DNA from: Balanoglossus misakiensis
Lineage: Eukaryota > Animalia > Hemichordata
Length of the DNA: 64,000 bases
Assembly (NCBI GenBank): GCA_040954595.2
Contig: CM082592.2
Location: forward strand, 9,969,677 to 10,033,676
Direction of reading: 5' to 3'
In this document: piece by piece, positions 14,501 through 29,500 of the stretch
Numbering within the stretch: position 1 is the stretch's first letter
How the letters are laid out: each line of letters starts with the position of its first letter
Translations under genes and position numbers: made by a program
The notes under the pieces: model-generated
What the model was told of the DNA's origin: nothing
The model's input: the letters and a program-made list of their open reading frames with translations, nothing else
The model's database searches: none

Positions 14501-17500
14501 AATTATTTAAATTTGATGCATCGGGCAGACATTTTCCTGACAGTTCCAACCCCCGGGACACGAAATTTAGTATTGATTGCAAAGGAAATGAAAAATATGT
14601 CACCCACGTACCAGAAGAGGGGGTCTTTTGTGGTTCTGTGAATGACATCAAAATGAAAATTATTGACTGCTGCCAAAAAAAGTGATAAAGTTTGATTGGA
14701 TTGTTTGAAATACCGTCTGATGTTTGAAAGCTTGGTTTCTGATAGGATAGAGATAACATTGCAGTCCTGGTGAACGTATTAATTCCAGTTGAAATGAGCT
14801 TGTATTTACTGGTGACAGGTCACATTTGTAGCATTTTTTACACTGGGGAAAAACATTTTGATGTGCTTGTTGCATTTTGTTTGTAAATTATATGGATGTA
14901 GATGTTAAAAGGTTAAAGATGTAGACATAGCATCATCAAGTGTCAGGTCGTTTACTGTGGTTTCACAACTTGCCAGATATGTGACTATATATCTAAAGAC
15001 AGTACCCACACAGTCCATCCCCTTCCAAAACACACATTCTAATAAGCTGGGCCATTTTGATATACAGGCAATCGACCAGAAGTAGAAGTCAACGGCATCG
15101 GGTGTTAAAGCTTCCAGTAACTTGTGGTTCACTGGGTTTGTTTGCTATGAAAAAATTACCGGGTATGGTTTTATACACTATTGTGTATTCTACTCTGCAC
15201 CAATATTTCTTTATGGTCACCCTATAAAAATCTTTCTGTGATATTTTTGCTTTGATGTTTTGATCAAATCATAATCCAAGAGATTAATCTAAAAACAACA
15301 AGAATCTGGTCCCCTGCATTTCTTGACAACCCTACACTGTCTGCTCGTTTTTGATTCTGTCCCAAAGTGGCCATGGTGACATTGTCCCTAACTGTCCTTG
15401 TGATGGCCCCAGACTCTCAAGTTGTCCTCATCTTGATCTTTCTCAAACTGTCCTCATGATAGCCTGTCCATAATGGCCTGTCCCTAACTGTCCTCTACCT
15501 GGCATGTGGGCCTATGACTGTCAACATGATCCTGTTTCAAGTTGACTCTGGTCCTCATGATGCAGTTCCTTTCAACATTTCTGCCCTTTACCTGAGTTTC
15601 TTTTCAAGTGATTACAATTAAGATTGTATTTCATCAGTTTTTTATTAAAATTAGTCTGACTCGTTGACTGCAAGAACACGGGTAGCTGTTTTTTCTTTGA
15701 AAAAAAACAACCCAGCCTGGTGAATCAAGTAGCAGACAGACAGGTTCATACACGTGTATGCACGCAGACACATGAAAGCCTTTATATACCGTTCAATAAC
15801 GGCAACGTAATGGGAAAGATTGTCGGCAGGTTGCGTGTTTGCAACAAAAACGGAACAAGTCGTCCTTCAAACTGACATTTTTGTCCCCGGACAAAAATCA
15901 TTGAAAACAGGCAGGATTGATTCTTGCCTCGCATGAAATGAGTAATGAGGAAACCTAACCACACTCCACATGTATGTTTGTTACTCGGCAACCGAGCAGA
16001 ATATTCAACCGACTGCTTGAATAATGGTTAAATGATAATTTCATATTGAGAAATGATTCTGTTTGTGTCCATGTAATTTTAACTTACCCCCCCCCCCCAC
16101 CACGCAGTTATAGTTAAAGGCAGATTCTGCTGTTGAATTTTTCATCATTTACAGTAGATGAAAATGTATCTCGTGTACAAAATCATGCCATTTTAACCTC
16201 AATTATGGTCTCCTTTTTGATTTTATGAGTTACACTCTGTAATTTACAATTGTATAGTGATTGCCGTGTGGTTGTCTCATCAGCAAAAATTACTTTCACC
16301 TTCCGTTGTATTTTTTCATTATTATAAGTCCTGCTACCAGGGTGTGTGACGTGATGAGATGGCATATGCTCCATAAAGAGAGGTGTTTTTGTTCATTTGA
16401 TAGGATTCCAGAAATGATTGCATTTGAAGCTTTATAATTTAGACGAAACTAATCATAAATAGTGTTTTTTTTGTAATCACACATCGTATTGTTACAAAAT
16501 GTTGATTTGACAAAGGTGAAAAATGTGTTGAGAGTTAAATCTCAATAAATTTGTATGGCATAACCGCCTACATGCACATAGTATGCCATGTATGCAAATA
16601 CACAGTGATATCCCTCCTGTGTGATATAAATCTATATATTTTCATATTTTACATAATTTAACTATAAATTCATTAATATTCTTTTTAATATTTTTATTTA
16701 TTCAGATACCTAACAAACCATCATTTTGTCCACAATTTAGTGTGCGTAATTACCATGGATTTTGATGTTGTGCAACAGTGCCTGATGGAAGATTTGCACA
16801 TCTAGTTAATATTCATTCAATATATCCGGTAGCATCTAACTGTCATTAGCTTCCATCAATCATTATCCCTCTATTATTATTCTATCCGGAATAAAAAGAG
16901 GGTCAGAGTGGCATGGGGTATGTTCTGGAGTCAGTCGGGTTACCAGTGGTATGGATCGTGTCCAGCACAGGAGTTCTGAATTCTGAAATAATATCGGAAT
17001 CTCAAAGGACCAGAAAATGCATTGACAAATATATTTTGTATAGTGTGCGATACAAGATATCGATATTGAAATGTGCAATCTTTCACTTGCAGCTGTATTC
17101 AAGCAACAAGTGTGCATGAAAGTACTTGTAAATACAGACTATTTGTACTTTATTTTGAATTCTCAAATTTGGCATGATTTAAATAAAATAGACACGCAAA
17201 TGGAAGACTTGCAGATACCAGAGCTTAGCCATGTTTGGCCAAAAGCCGTCATCAAAATGTTGTGACGTACAGCTCAAATGAAGGTGCAAATGCGACAAGC
17301 ATTCAAGAAAATGTCAGTTTATGTAGCATGGTGGGACTTGATTGTTTATGACAGTTCCTGTATGGAACTGATGACAGCTTTATTGATTTGGAACATGTGG
17401 TTTTGATGTCCATTTCAGGCTGCAGATCATCAGCCAATGAAAGCAGAACTGCTTTGAAAAACAATACATCATGCACTGATGTTGTGAATGGTAATATACG

Positions 17501-20500
17501 ACAGAGTAGAAAGTGTCATTACATTTATGTGTCTTTAGCTGGTGTTCCATTAAAAAGACGAAAGATTGTTCTCACTCAAAGTGTCATCCGATTCATTGTC
17601 ATATATTCTCATAATTTATCATTTTGATATACATGAGGTATTACAAAGGAGTTGTACTTGTAGCTTGTGTGCGAAGATTCCTAGACAGAAAATAACCCTA
17701 GGTTACTGTAAATTCACGTAGAGCCAGGTTATCAGTCACATCACCAAGCCATGCAGAGTCCTGCCCATTGGAAATTTCCACCTACAAGCATCTATAATTT
17801 CAGTCATTAAATGGTTGCTAGACAACCTGCTTTGGCAAACCAATAATTCACAGTACTTTGTACACAATCAAACTGTACCCCATACCCACTGTATTATTGG
17901 ACAAATTTGCTGTTTTCATCACTTGCATTATCTCAAAGCGTATTCAGATGATGTTTTTATTCTTAAGAAGAATCTAGCTGTAAATCCCATATGGATGGAC
18001 ATATTTCATTGTGAGATCATATATTTCCTTCCTAATTCAGCAGAAACCAAGGTAACCATTTATTTTTTTTATGCTGCGTGAAAATATGTGGACTGGTATT
18101 TGGAACCGTAAAGCTATGCTCAGTTGTTCAACTAGTCAATCATAGAGTTAAAAGGATGTGCCTAGCTGGAAAAAATGACAGGGATTTTCATTTCATTAAT
18201 TGATGTTGTAATCACAACCTCACACATGCTGCATTGAACACAGCTGCAGTGTAGATGAATTTATTCTAAATTTTATAAGGAAGGTCTGCAATTGCCCTGG
18301 AAACTCAATTTGAGTAAGTTGCAGTATTCTTTTCTTCTGGACACGAAAATCATTAATTTTTAATGTGACTTAAACCGTGAATCGAACGGTAGTGATGACA
18401 AATCCTGTCGACTGTCATCGTACATTTCTGCTGTGATGTTCAGATGGTGGAGGCAATTATCTTCTGGGAGAATTGCATCCAGTTACAAAGAGTCATCCCA
18501 AATATAATGTGAAGCTAGTTTGCACATCTCAGATAACAGATTTTTTACTAATTAATGATGCATGGTGAACTGCTGGTTTTTTGCGGTTTTCTTATGGGAA
18601 TTTGAATTACGGTATTATTTAATATTTGAAGTTTTTCATTCTATTGATGGAAATTAATCAGCCAAGACAGAGAATGTGATGATGGCAAGACACAAGGATC
18701 TCCAAAGTATCTGAGATGGCTTTCCTTGTCATGAAGTGGTAATCCCTGGTAATGTGTTTAAGTAGCTTAGTATGTATGGAATGGCTGACATGACATAGCA
18801 ACATCATGACTGATATCAACTGCCGCTGCTTTGTACATTCCAGACTAAACAGACAACTACATGGAGCTGTGTCTGTTCTCTGCTGCTGTCCACATGTTTG
18901 CATGTCACCCCAGACTGGACGTACCAGTGGAGGCTTTTACTCTAAATATAAATCACAGGATCAAATTGAAGCAATGACCTGTTGGGCTTTACAAAAGTAG
19001 GCATGGTACTTGACATGGGTTTGACTTGTTCGTTAACGCTTTCACCACCAAGGTTTGGTCCAAATCCACTGTTTTCTATGGTAAAGTTGGACCTCTATAG
19101 AGGGAACTGGGGGTGAAAGGCTTAAATCATGGTTTGGTCTATCTCCATGTAACTTGTTGATGAAATGTGATATTGCGGCTATTTCATTTGCGACATTGCT
19201 GTCCTAAGTAGTCCAGCTGACAGAAAAAAATCAGAATATCTTGAATAGAATTATTTCTACAGATTCAGACCAGATTCAATAAATTTCTATCGTGTCAGAA
19301 ATAATTCAGAACTTCATCTCAGGGCACTAACGCAAAGAATAGTCAGTTAGCAAACGTTCCAGGAAATTGTGTTGCTTCAGGAAACTTCCTTGGGGATAAA
19401 CTTCCAATATCCAGGAATATTTTCAAAGACTGTATTGCTTATTCGTCTCTGGAGTATAACCATGCTGTGTTTAGCATTTTAAAACATGGAAAAGCCTGTC
19501 AAAGGATTGTGAAACTTCAAAGACTGCCTATGATTAATCTGTGCGTTGGCAAAGTCAGTATGGAAGAATCACTGATCAGTAAATAAGTATAATTTCCCAG
19601 AGGAGAACTGTGCACTTTTTCAGAAGAGAAGTGTTCAGAATTCCAAGTGGTGTTCCCACCAAACATGAATAAAAGGCTTAGAATTTTGCCAATTGCTTAA
19701 GTAAAATTTCTGGGGAAAGTTCATGATATACATCTATTTTACATATAGATAAATGTCAATGGAAATATGAGTAGATTAGTGGTCTAGTGTCTTGCAGCAT
19801 GGAAGAATTGTTCAAAAATAAGTATAAAAATGAAACATCTGCTCCAATTCAGTATCTTATGCCATTAAAATTAGAGATTTTGCAGGCAAGAATTCTGAAA
19901 CCTTAAATAGGCTTCTCTGACAAAAAAGTGTAAACATGCTGATGCATTGGGTAATTTAAACTAAACTATGCAAAAAGCATGTGTACTGACGTCTGTTTTT
20001 TGTGGAAAAGCTGCTGTGAATAACGGCATTTAGAAATTTACTTGATACGGTTACAGCTGCAAAATATTACACACTGTTGGCATCTGTGTTGTCATCTCAT
20101 ATACACTTCTGGCCAGTTTCTTCTTTTATGTGAAATATTTACATTATACAGAAGATACAACATCCAATTTAGAGATTTGAAGTCCTGGTGTGAACTCTCA
20201 GCTCAGAGGTGAATAAGGGCATGGTTGAAGGTAATCTGACTGGCCAGGTATTGGGTAATACTAGGGATGCATACGTCAGTTAATTTGTATTCTGAACATG
20301 TAACGCTTAGAAATGACGCCTTTGAAAATCTGCCTTCAAAATGGACGCTGATGAAAATGTTCTGTGAAATGAAAGGACAATTTATCGTCCTGTTAGTGTT
20401 TTCTATGAGATTCGTGCTGCAAGACAGAACTGGAAATGTTGTTAGTCAGTCTGCTGAATAAATGAATTTTTTCTTCCCTATTCAATTCTTTGGACTTCGG

Positions 20501-23500
20501 AACGGACGATGTGTTCACATTGTTCACTGCATTGATGGAAACATAATCAGGGATTGGAATTAGAAACCAGGTTTATTGTTATGCCCAGGGAGGCAGTAAG
20601 GTAGATACATTAGCTAAGCTTTGTGCAGAATGTTGTAATTTGCCTTTGAACAGATCCAGATGATTGTATCAGAATTGTGCCCTTCTGCAGATGACGTTCG
20701 TAGCAGGGATGTTATCAAATTCACCAATATGTTTATCTTTAGGCTCATTTGCTGGTTTAATCAAGCTTTAACACTGTGTGCTGTGACATTTGAGTCAGGT
20801 GTCATGTTTGTAGTTCAAGACCTAATTTACTCGTTAAAAGAGGTTATTTTTTTCATTGGAAAAAAAAGTCAGAAACTGAACAAAGTCATGGCATTATTGC
20901 CTGGATCACGTTTCCTCATCTCCCCTGAAAATAAGAATTCCACAGTTGAATAGAGTCACCCCAAGAACCTTTCAGTGACCTTTTCAGTTTGGCTTCATTG
21001 CCTCTCTGCCAAACAACCCCAAGGGTAATCTAATAGGCAGATGAATTTGAGGATGAATAAAAAATATCCAAAAAGTCCTCAGCTTTGGGCCTTCAGTTTA
21101 CTAGTGATCTCAGTGGGGGATTATGCAAAAGTAATAACATTTTCCATCAAGGTGATGTTACAGATAGAAAGTCTAAATCAGTGTTGTGGATTACAGAGGG
21201 GAGACTGCACGAAAAAAAGCAACCATTCCTGTCCCCAGATAAAATTGTTTGTGGGTACAGTTATCTTGCAAATACCAGGCTGTTGTCAATACTGGTTAAG
21301 TGTTCCTGTGATTTATATATGCGAGTCTCCAAGACATCATGTGACATGGTTTGAAACTGACAATACCAATGTATCATGTTCGTTTCGAATCTGTGTTTCG
21401 CAATTTACATATGATGGTGGCATGCTGCATCATTCTTGACCTGGAAAGATATTGTGGGTGCTGCATGCGATAAGCAGATTCCTTCTAATCACCCAGCATA
21501 ATTTATTGGTTCTTTTAAATGAGGAACAAGTACTAGGCTGTTTACCAAAATCTCTGTTCTATGAGTAAAAAAAGACAAATCACACGGGTGACTGTTTTAT
21601 CTTGTTTAAAACAAGCAGGATATTCTCAGAAACTGGAGAGGATTGTGAATAGTTTGGGGCAATATTTAAATCATGTGTAATAGTGGAAAAATTGCTTTAA
21701 AATATCCAAATACTCTGCAAATAGAAAGAAATATAAAGTGGAGATCTTCAGGTTGAAAACAAAAATATTAAAAATACAGGAAGAGCCTAAGGGGAATTTA
21801 GGAATTACGTGTGAATATTGAAAGGTGTACGGATGTAAAGAAAGGATTATTTATAGCTCTGTACATAACATATGTGCATTTAATTGATCCCGTCCTATTG
21901 ATTGCATTCTGCGTACATTTGTACCATATGCCGGGAGAATATGAGAAATTCCCTGTACATTACAACGTGATCTGACAGGTTTACTGAAGAAAAAAATCCT
22001 GTGTGGAAATGAATTTCGAGCATTCCGTTCACTATGGTTTGGTCCAAATCCATTGTTTTCTATGGTAAAGTTGGACTTAAATACGGAGTAATGGGGATTC
22101 ACAGAGCTCGGGTGCCATGGGATTTGAATCCTGCACGTTGTGTTTTCAGATTTGTTTAAGCCCCAGATTTCAGCATCATGTTACTGATGGATTATGAGGC
22201 AGAAGAAAAAAGAAAATATTGGAGCAGTCTGAACTCAAGACCCCCGTGATGCTGATAGACATCAGTATTGGCCTCTGCATTTTGCTAAGTGGTTTGGTGT
22301 GATAGCCTTCTGAGGCACCTATACGTAAATGGGCAGACTGTTGAATAATGGGCAAAATGGATTGAAAAAGACGCATGTACACACGTCATCATTATCCCCT
22401 GTACAGAAAAAAACCAAGAGCATGAAAGCCAGAATTTCATGCCCGTAACAGTTTAATCAAAAAAGCAACTAGCTTTGGAGGATTTTCTAAGGGGATACAG
22501 TGTTTGAACATTATCATGTTTATCATGTAACATACATGTAAGTATACAGCCTTGCATAGCATTCATTTCCATCACCCTGTTACCCCTATGTCCGTATGGG
22601 TCAGTCCTCTCCTGTTATTGAAATTGATGACGAGACCAATGAATGCCTACTGTTACTGCAAATTAGTTTTCTTTGTGCCAAGTGATAATAGTGCTTCATG
22701 ATTTCGTACTGATATATTATTTTTATCTGTCGAAACCCGTTTTTGAAGGTGACCCATTGAAAATATTTGTAAGGCTGACCCTTGATCCCAATTTCACCAG
22801 TTATTCTCAACATCTTAACTTCCTTAAGTGGATAATAGGGATGGTTTCAAGACAGTCTCCATGGAAACCAAGGTCTTAGTCAGTCCATTAGATAACAATG
22901 ATAGAGCAGCTTCAGTTTCAAGTAATAAAACTTGCAGTGTACGTAGCTGTTGACATCATATTATAATTTTCTGCTGATAGCTCTTGCTTTGACCTGTGGA
23001 TATTTGGCATATGGACTGTATTTCTGTTAATTTAGTAATTTAGCCCTTGTGGTTGATCATTATTTCTATCAGAAAAGTTGTAAATCAGTTGTATAAATTT
23101 GTCATCATTTGTTAGGTGAATACTGCCCTCTATATTTGCGATAAATAATGTTTGCGTGCGTAGATAATAACAGGATGTTGACAGGATGTAATGTATTTAG
23201 AGTTGTGACCCCCATTTGAGGAGAATGTAGGTCAGCCTGACTCAGGACGAAACTATTTGCACTGACCCCATTTGTGACCTTGCCGTGGGTCTGTAAGAAA
23301 ATATGTTAGCCAGACTGTGGATCAACATCCTGATAGCATGTCATCAGACACATATATCAATTTTCAGTTTGTGTAAGATGCTATGCCACAGAAACTTTTA
23401 AGAGTGGGGTTCACATTAGATGGTGTATGCTGGCCCTACACAGGTTGGTTTTAAGTGGGCCCAAAACAGCCAGTGTGAACACTCCATGTTGGAAGAGATT

Positions 23501-26500
23501 TAATTAGGTTAAAAGCACTCTCGAGATAAATATAGATGTTTTCATCATTTTGCAACGTCATGTGAGAGAAACTAAAATGCCCACGGATCACGTCAACGCT
23601 ATATCAGTACGACACATGTATCAGGTTTAATGGAAGTCATTTCATCTGTCACGCATTGTGTAACAGTCACTGTGTTTACTACCCAGCCATGCGCTCAGTC
23701 GGCGTATTGTACTCATCACTGACTTCATTGTTAAATCCAGATGGGTTATCATCTATGGTTAGTGGACACTTCCGCCGTAGGTTCAATTCCTCATTCAGTG
23801 TCATTGACCATAACACTTGCTTTAAGGCTTTGATCCCTGTTGGATTCTACATGTACTTAGTCATTGCTACAGTATATGGAAAGAATGTGGTCAGGTAAAA
23901 TATATCAATCAGACTCATTCAGTCTTCTCACTGATGCATGTGTGTATTTTTTCAGTCAGTTGCTTTGATAAACCTATATCTAAGTGTTCAAATGCGAAAA
24001 AGCCCAGACATTTCCTCATCCTGGGAATATGTGGTTTGCTATTATTTGATAATCTAGGAATCATTTTGCTGACATATGTACTTATTTCCACACTCACACT
24101 TCCCTTCCAACAGCATTTCATGTGATTTCATTTCCTCAATTTTGATGAAATTTGATGATGAAATTTGTTTTTTCTTCGTTTGATTTTTCAGATTCCAAGA
24201 AAGAAGCTGAAGGCAAAGCAAGACAACAGGCTGCTGCAGCGGCCGCTGCTGCTGCAGGTAAGACAAGAATTTCTGCTGTTGCTGTTTGACTCTGCAGAAT
24301 ATAGAAAAGCTGCTGTGATTGGTTGGCTGCATATTAGAGCCAGTGCTTGTAATTGTATGCATCAGAGAAAAATTAGAAATTTCAGTGTGAATATTCACTG
24401 ATGTGACAAGGCAGTCAAAACACAATTGAGACATACGGTGCTATTCTGAGCAACTCTCTTTGTGTAAAGACTGTCAATATGGTAGGCTTCCTGTGCTGTC
24501 AAACACACTTTCTGTGGGATGATATATACATGTACACTAGTGTATGCTGTCTGTGACAATGCAGAGAAAAAATATCCACCATTACGTCTTCTCAAAACCA
24601 CCTTACTTCCAACCACAGAAGACACTGCATTGACACCAATCTGATTAAAATTGGCAAATAGAGTAAGAGAATGTTAGGGTACATGGATTTTGCCAAATTG
24701 AGAAAACTTTGCTTCCAACCTTGATGCTGATAAAATCAAATGTTGGCATTCTAAAATCTTATGCACAACAAACATCGAAGTGTTTTGTAAGGAGTGTACT
24801 GACACAAACAACTGCAAAAGAAATTATTTAGTCCTCTGCTTTGTCAATCATTGGAGCTACAATTTGAGATGGTTGACATTTAATTTGAATGTCTACTTTC
24901 CCCGATTCATCATCTTCTGACGTACATACTGTCCCTCACAATACAACACAGGCAAGTAGCATGGGCAACTATTAGTCGATGGGATCAATGAGATTGGTTA
25001 CTGATACCTTGTTATCAGCGAGGAATTGTAATTTTGTATGTATGGGTTGCCTAAGAGAGTACTTCAAACAAATTTGATATGTGTGCGGTTTTAATTGGAG
25101 TCTTGCATCTCTCTAATACAAGGACTCTCATTTGGTCGATCAGCGAGCTTACTTCTGAGTGGGTAAGTGTACAGTCAATGAAATGTGTGGTGATCATTTA
25201 ATTCTCCTTCAGACTAACACCTGAAGGTCAGGAGTGTCTGGTCCCTGTAATGAGTATATATTTGAATTCAAAAAGTCATCATATGCACATGTAACAAATT
25301 TTTGCAATTTTCACCAAAAACCAGAGTTACTATACCAAATTCATGAAACTTGCCCTGTATGCATATTCAGTTCATATCTGGTTACAATTTTTGTCTTAAT
25401 TTGATTTACATTTATCATTTTTATTGCCATACCATATCTGCAGATTGTACATGTAATGATATCATTATTACATGTAACTCTATTTTACAGCATGGCAAAA
25501 TACAGTAACCTTAGACAATAGCTGTGTTTCAGTATGGCAAGGGTTAATATATGCTGTTCAAAATTAAGGGTTTATCAGCTAGTTGTAAATTTATGCCCCA
25601 ATATTATTAATAGGATTACATTCTGTTTGATCAATTTCAAGTAAATGCCAATTACACCATGTTTCTCAGTTGGAAGTTCATTCCTGGCATTTCAAAACAT
25701 GCAATGGCGGATTTGCAGAGTTGAAATCGGAGCTGGATATTCTAGATTACAGTTCATGACCTGAAGTTGTTGGCTGTCTGTCAGGGACAGGGCTGTTTGA
25801 TTCTTTGAATGGAGACAGTTGTAGGAAATTTTAAGCCGTACATTGCAGGTATTTTTCGATTATAAGTACCAGCGGTGATGCGGTCCATAGTTATGTGGGA
25901 TGGTGCGATACGTTAACAAATTTTCTTTGGCAATATGAACACCCCACTGTTCCAGTACAAAGTGTGAAATAAATTGACTGAGTGATTTGGATGATGGCAT
26001 GCCTGCAGCCTCTGGCATGGTACAAGGAGCGAGGCAGGGGGCATCATATTCCATTGGTATGCACCCCTATGATCAATTGACTAGCGTAGGAGTGAGCGAC
26101 CTCTGTTGGCCTCAGCCAGAGGAGCTACACGTACCATGGAATAATGTGTACATTTATAGCACCATGTCCATAGTACGGCAATAAAATGTCACTCAATTCC
26201 CTTTGCAGCTGACAGGATCACTGACTCTATTTTTGTTCGCTAACGTTCACAAATAAAGATTAACCTGACAATTGAAATGACTTCAATACTGTTGACGGCA
26301 GCTTGTAATGTGTTCACCTTTTATTTCGTTGTATAGCTGTTTGGCTTGGTGGTGCTGTTGGGGAAAATCCACTATGTTTGTATAATACTGAACTCATGCA
26401 TGTCCCACTTCATTTGTGATATAATATACACATATTGCCGATGTCACTGGTTTAGGAAATAGAGGTGACACAGGGGACTGTCGACAGATCAAAACTGGCA

Positions 26501-29500
26501 TCGAGGGATTTCGTGATTCAGTATTGAATTGGCACCATATTGAGGGATAGTTGTCAGATATATGTACTAGACACTCCCACTCTTGTGTTCAGTAAAAAAA
26601 TCGCGGCAGTCCTGGTTTAATTCTATCAGGAATAACAGGTCTGTATGATAGTAGACGCAGCAAAATAATTGTGCCTGCATGCGTGGTGCACCAAGCAGTG
26701 ATTATATGATATGAATAATGGAAGGCGTTCTGGGAAAGACGAAACTGCTTCTGGGGTTATTCATAAATGCAGACATCAAAATTTTATCAGTCGAACAGGA
26801 TATGAATATTTCACTAGACTTCACTGAAAAGTAACTTCAGTGCAAGTCAACGTCCTCAGTGGTTATAATATTCTCTGCACTTTAAGCAGTGCATTACTGA
26901 TGTGTGTATTCATAGAGGAGACATCAACACAAGGTGATGGGATTTTTCCAGAGCGACTCCCAGATCTGATTACAGAGGATCAGATTTCGCTAACCTGAGT
27001 GACTACACTCCAGGACTAACCTAGAATAGTATGACCTGTGCAGTGATAGAGACAGCACAGACTAGACAAGCAGTTGTACGTGTACTGTAATGCGTTCTCA
27101 TTCACTTGGTTTTACAGCGCAAGATCCAATGAGTGCTCTACAGGGACTTACTGCCATGGCACACCAGCAGAGCAGACCGCCACCACCACAACCCATGCCA
27201 CCCTCCTCCGTTGCAGGCCCAACGCACCAACTGCAGCAGATGGCACAGCAACAGCTGCAGCAGCAACAACAGCAGCAGCAATACCAACAACAACAGCAGC
27301 AACTACGAATGGCCCAACAACAAGGTGAATACTTGCTTTTCATTCCTAATAAAATCATGTTTTCGTCGTTTGCAAATATTCAGCATTTTCCATATCAACC
27401 CCTCTCAATCACATTTCTCACTTCATGGATCGATAACCTGATGGATTTGAAATTGTGATCACTATGATGGAAGTAACCTCATGAAGACATGTCACCTCTC
27501 ATAAATAATGCTGCAAAAGAAAAGTGATTTATAAATCAGCCAGTTATCTCATCAGTATTCAAGACACCTCACAGTGCTTGGTGTTCTATTTCTCAACCAT
27601 GGTTCTGTAGCCTTTGGTATTCCTTTGCCATGTATGTTTGTGAATGCTGAATAATCACATGTTAATTGGAACTATTGTATGTATATAATGAGTACACTGA
27701 TTGAATTACTGGGTAGAAGTTTTGTAGATTAGTTATCTGTTACTCATGAATTTAACAGGACCCGTCATTAGTGTTATTGATATGAAATAAATGAAGCACA
27801 GTCAGGAGCTTCAGAGTGTGCAAAATACATGTGCTAGTAAATTTCTAATGAAGGAGCTTGAAAAAGAAATTCTTACTAGAATAGTACAGTACCAGTTACA
27901 TTTACAAAATTCTTTGTAATGCTATTTATGAACTGATTCACATATCACTTTACCAATTTCCTGGAATAAGATAAAGCTAACAAGACATCCATTGTTAAAG
28001 GGGAAATCCGCTGTAGCTGATTTCTACATAATTTGGTAGCTTTGATGTCTCTCTTTCAGAAAAAAACATATTCGCCATGTATAGGTCGCGCGATTTTTTA
28101 CAAAATCTAGGGAAAGTTGGCAATATGGCGTTTACTGTAATTTGAATCATGGGAAAAAAAGCGCCAGGAGCAACTTCCGCCCACCATGGTGTGGGTGATA
28201 CCATTCTCCGATTGGTGTCACTGGTCGACAGACTAGGCGTATTTTCATAGCTATTGTTTGTTCTTTGCATCAGTTGATAAACAATCATCAGCAAAGTCGA
28301 AAATTTGTCATCTATTGACAGTTTTCATGAGCTATAACCCATGAAAAATATGCAAATACGCTTAGCTTGTGACACAGTGACACCAATCGGTAAATGGTAT
28401 CACCCACACCAAGGTGGGCGGAAGTTGGTCCTGGCGCTTTTTTTCCCATGATTCAAATTACAGTAAACGCCATATTGGAAATTCTGCCAACTTTCCCTAG
28501 ATTTTGTAAAAAATCGCGCGACCTATACATGGCGAATATGTTTTTTTCTGAAAGAGAGACATCAAAGCTACCAAATTATGTAGAAATCAGCTACAGCGGA
28601 TTTCCCCTTTAATGTCTTCTGAACCTTTAATATAGTGTGCACCAGTTCATGGTTTTCAGGATATCGAGTAAAACACTTTGAGATCACATGACCTCTCTGA
28701 CATAACCATTGTGCATATCCTGCTGATGCAAGTCATTATGGATTCAGAATTGTTTCCAAGGCAACAGGCAGAATACTTGTCAAGTATGGGAGGTCACAGG
28801 AATACTCCACAATTTAAAACCTTAATTGAAATTATGACTTGCATTAGTAGGTTGAAGTCGTATACAGCTGACTTCGTCATAAATGCTTGATTAGAATAGA
28901 AGAATATTTTGCTACCCTTGTGACAAGATCAGAATCAAGGGAAATCAAATCTTTAAACTGAACTTTAACATTGTGAGGGTCTTGAGACGTTTCTTTTATG
29001 TGAATTGTGGCAATAATGACAATCGGACATTATTAATCTGATCTTGGATGTTCCCTAGTTTACAGTCACTCAACAACTCATCTCTTTTCCTTGTTTTTCT
29101 GTTCTCTTCTCTCTGTATTGCAGCACAAATGCAGGCACAACAGAGACAGCAGCAGATGCAGCAGCACCCACTTCAGACTCAACCTCAAAGAGCAGCATTA
29201 CTGCAGCAGATGCAACAACAACAGCAACAGCAGCAAGCAAATCTCCAACAGAAAGGTGTAAGTAACCACAGTGACTCACTGATTTCATGTATTGGATGTG
29301 GCATCCAGACAACTTACTGTAAGGATAAGAAATGTGTTGAGACAATAAACTGTGTTTGAAGGATTTACTTCTTTTCTCCCAATGATTTTCTCAGCCTCGT
29401 ATGAGTGCAATGCAGAACATGGCAGGAATGGCTCCACAACAACAACCAATTGGACCACCACAACAACATATGCCACAACCAATGCCACCACAGAGACCTA

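Noticed and set aside
3435-24191. Possible nested protein-coding gene in the long MED15 introns
   Set aside because: Apart from MED15 exon 3, the short ORFs show no recognisable domains and no frame-consistent exon chain on either strand that I could find.
27995-28612. Two near-identical ORFs on opposite strands (27995-28294, 28394-28612)
   Set aside because: They are mirror images from the MITE inverted arms, with no transposase or other recognisable motif.
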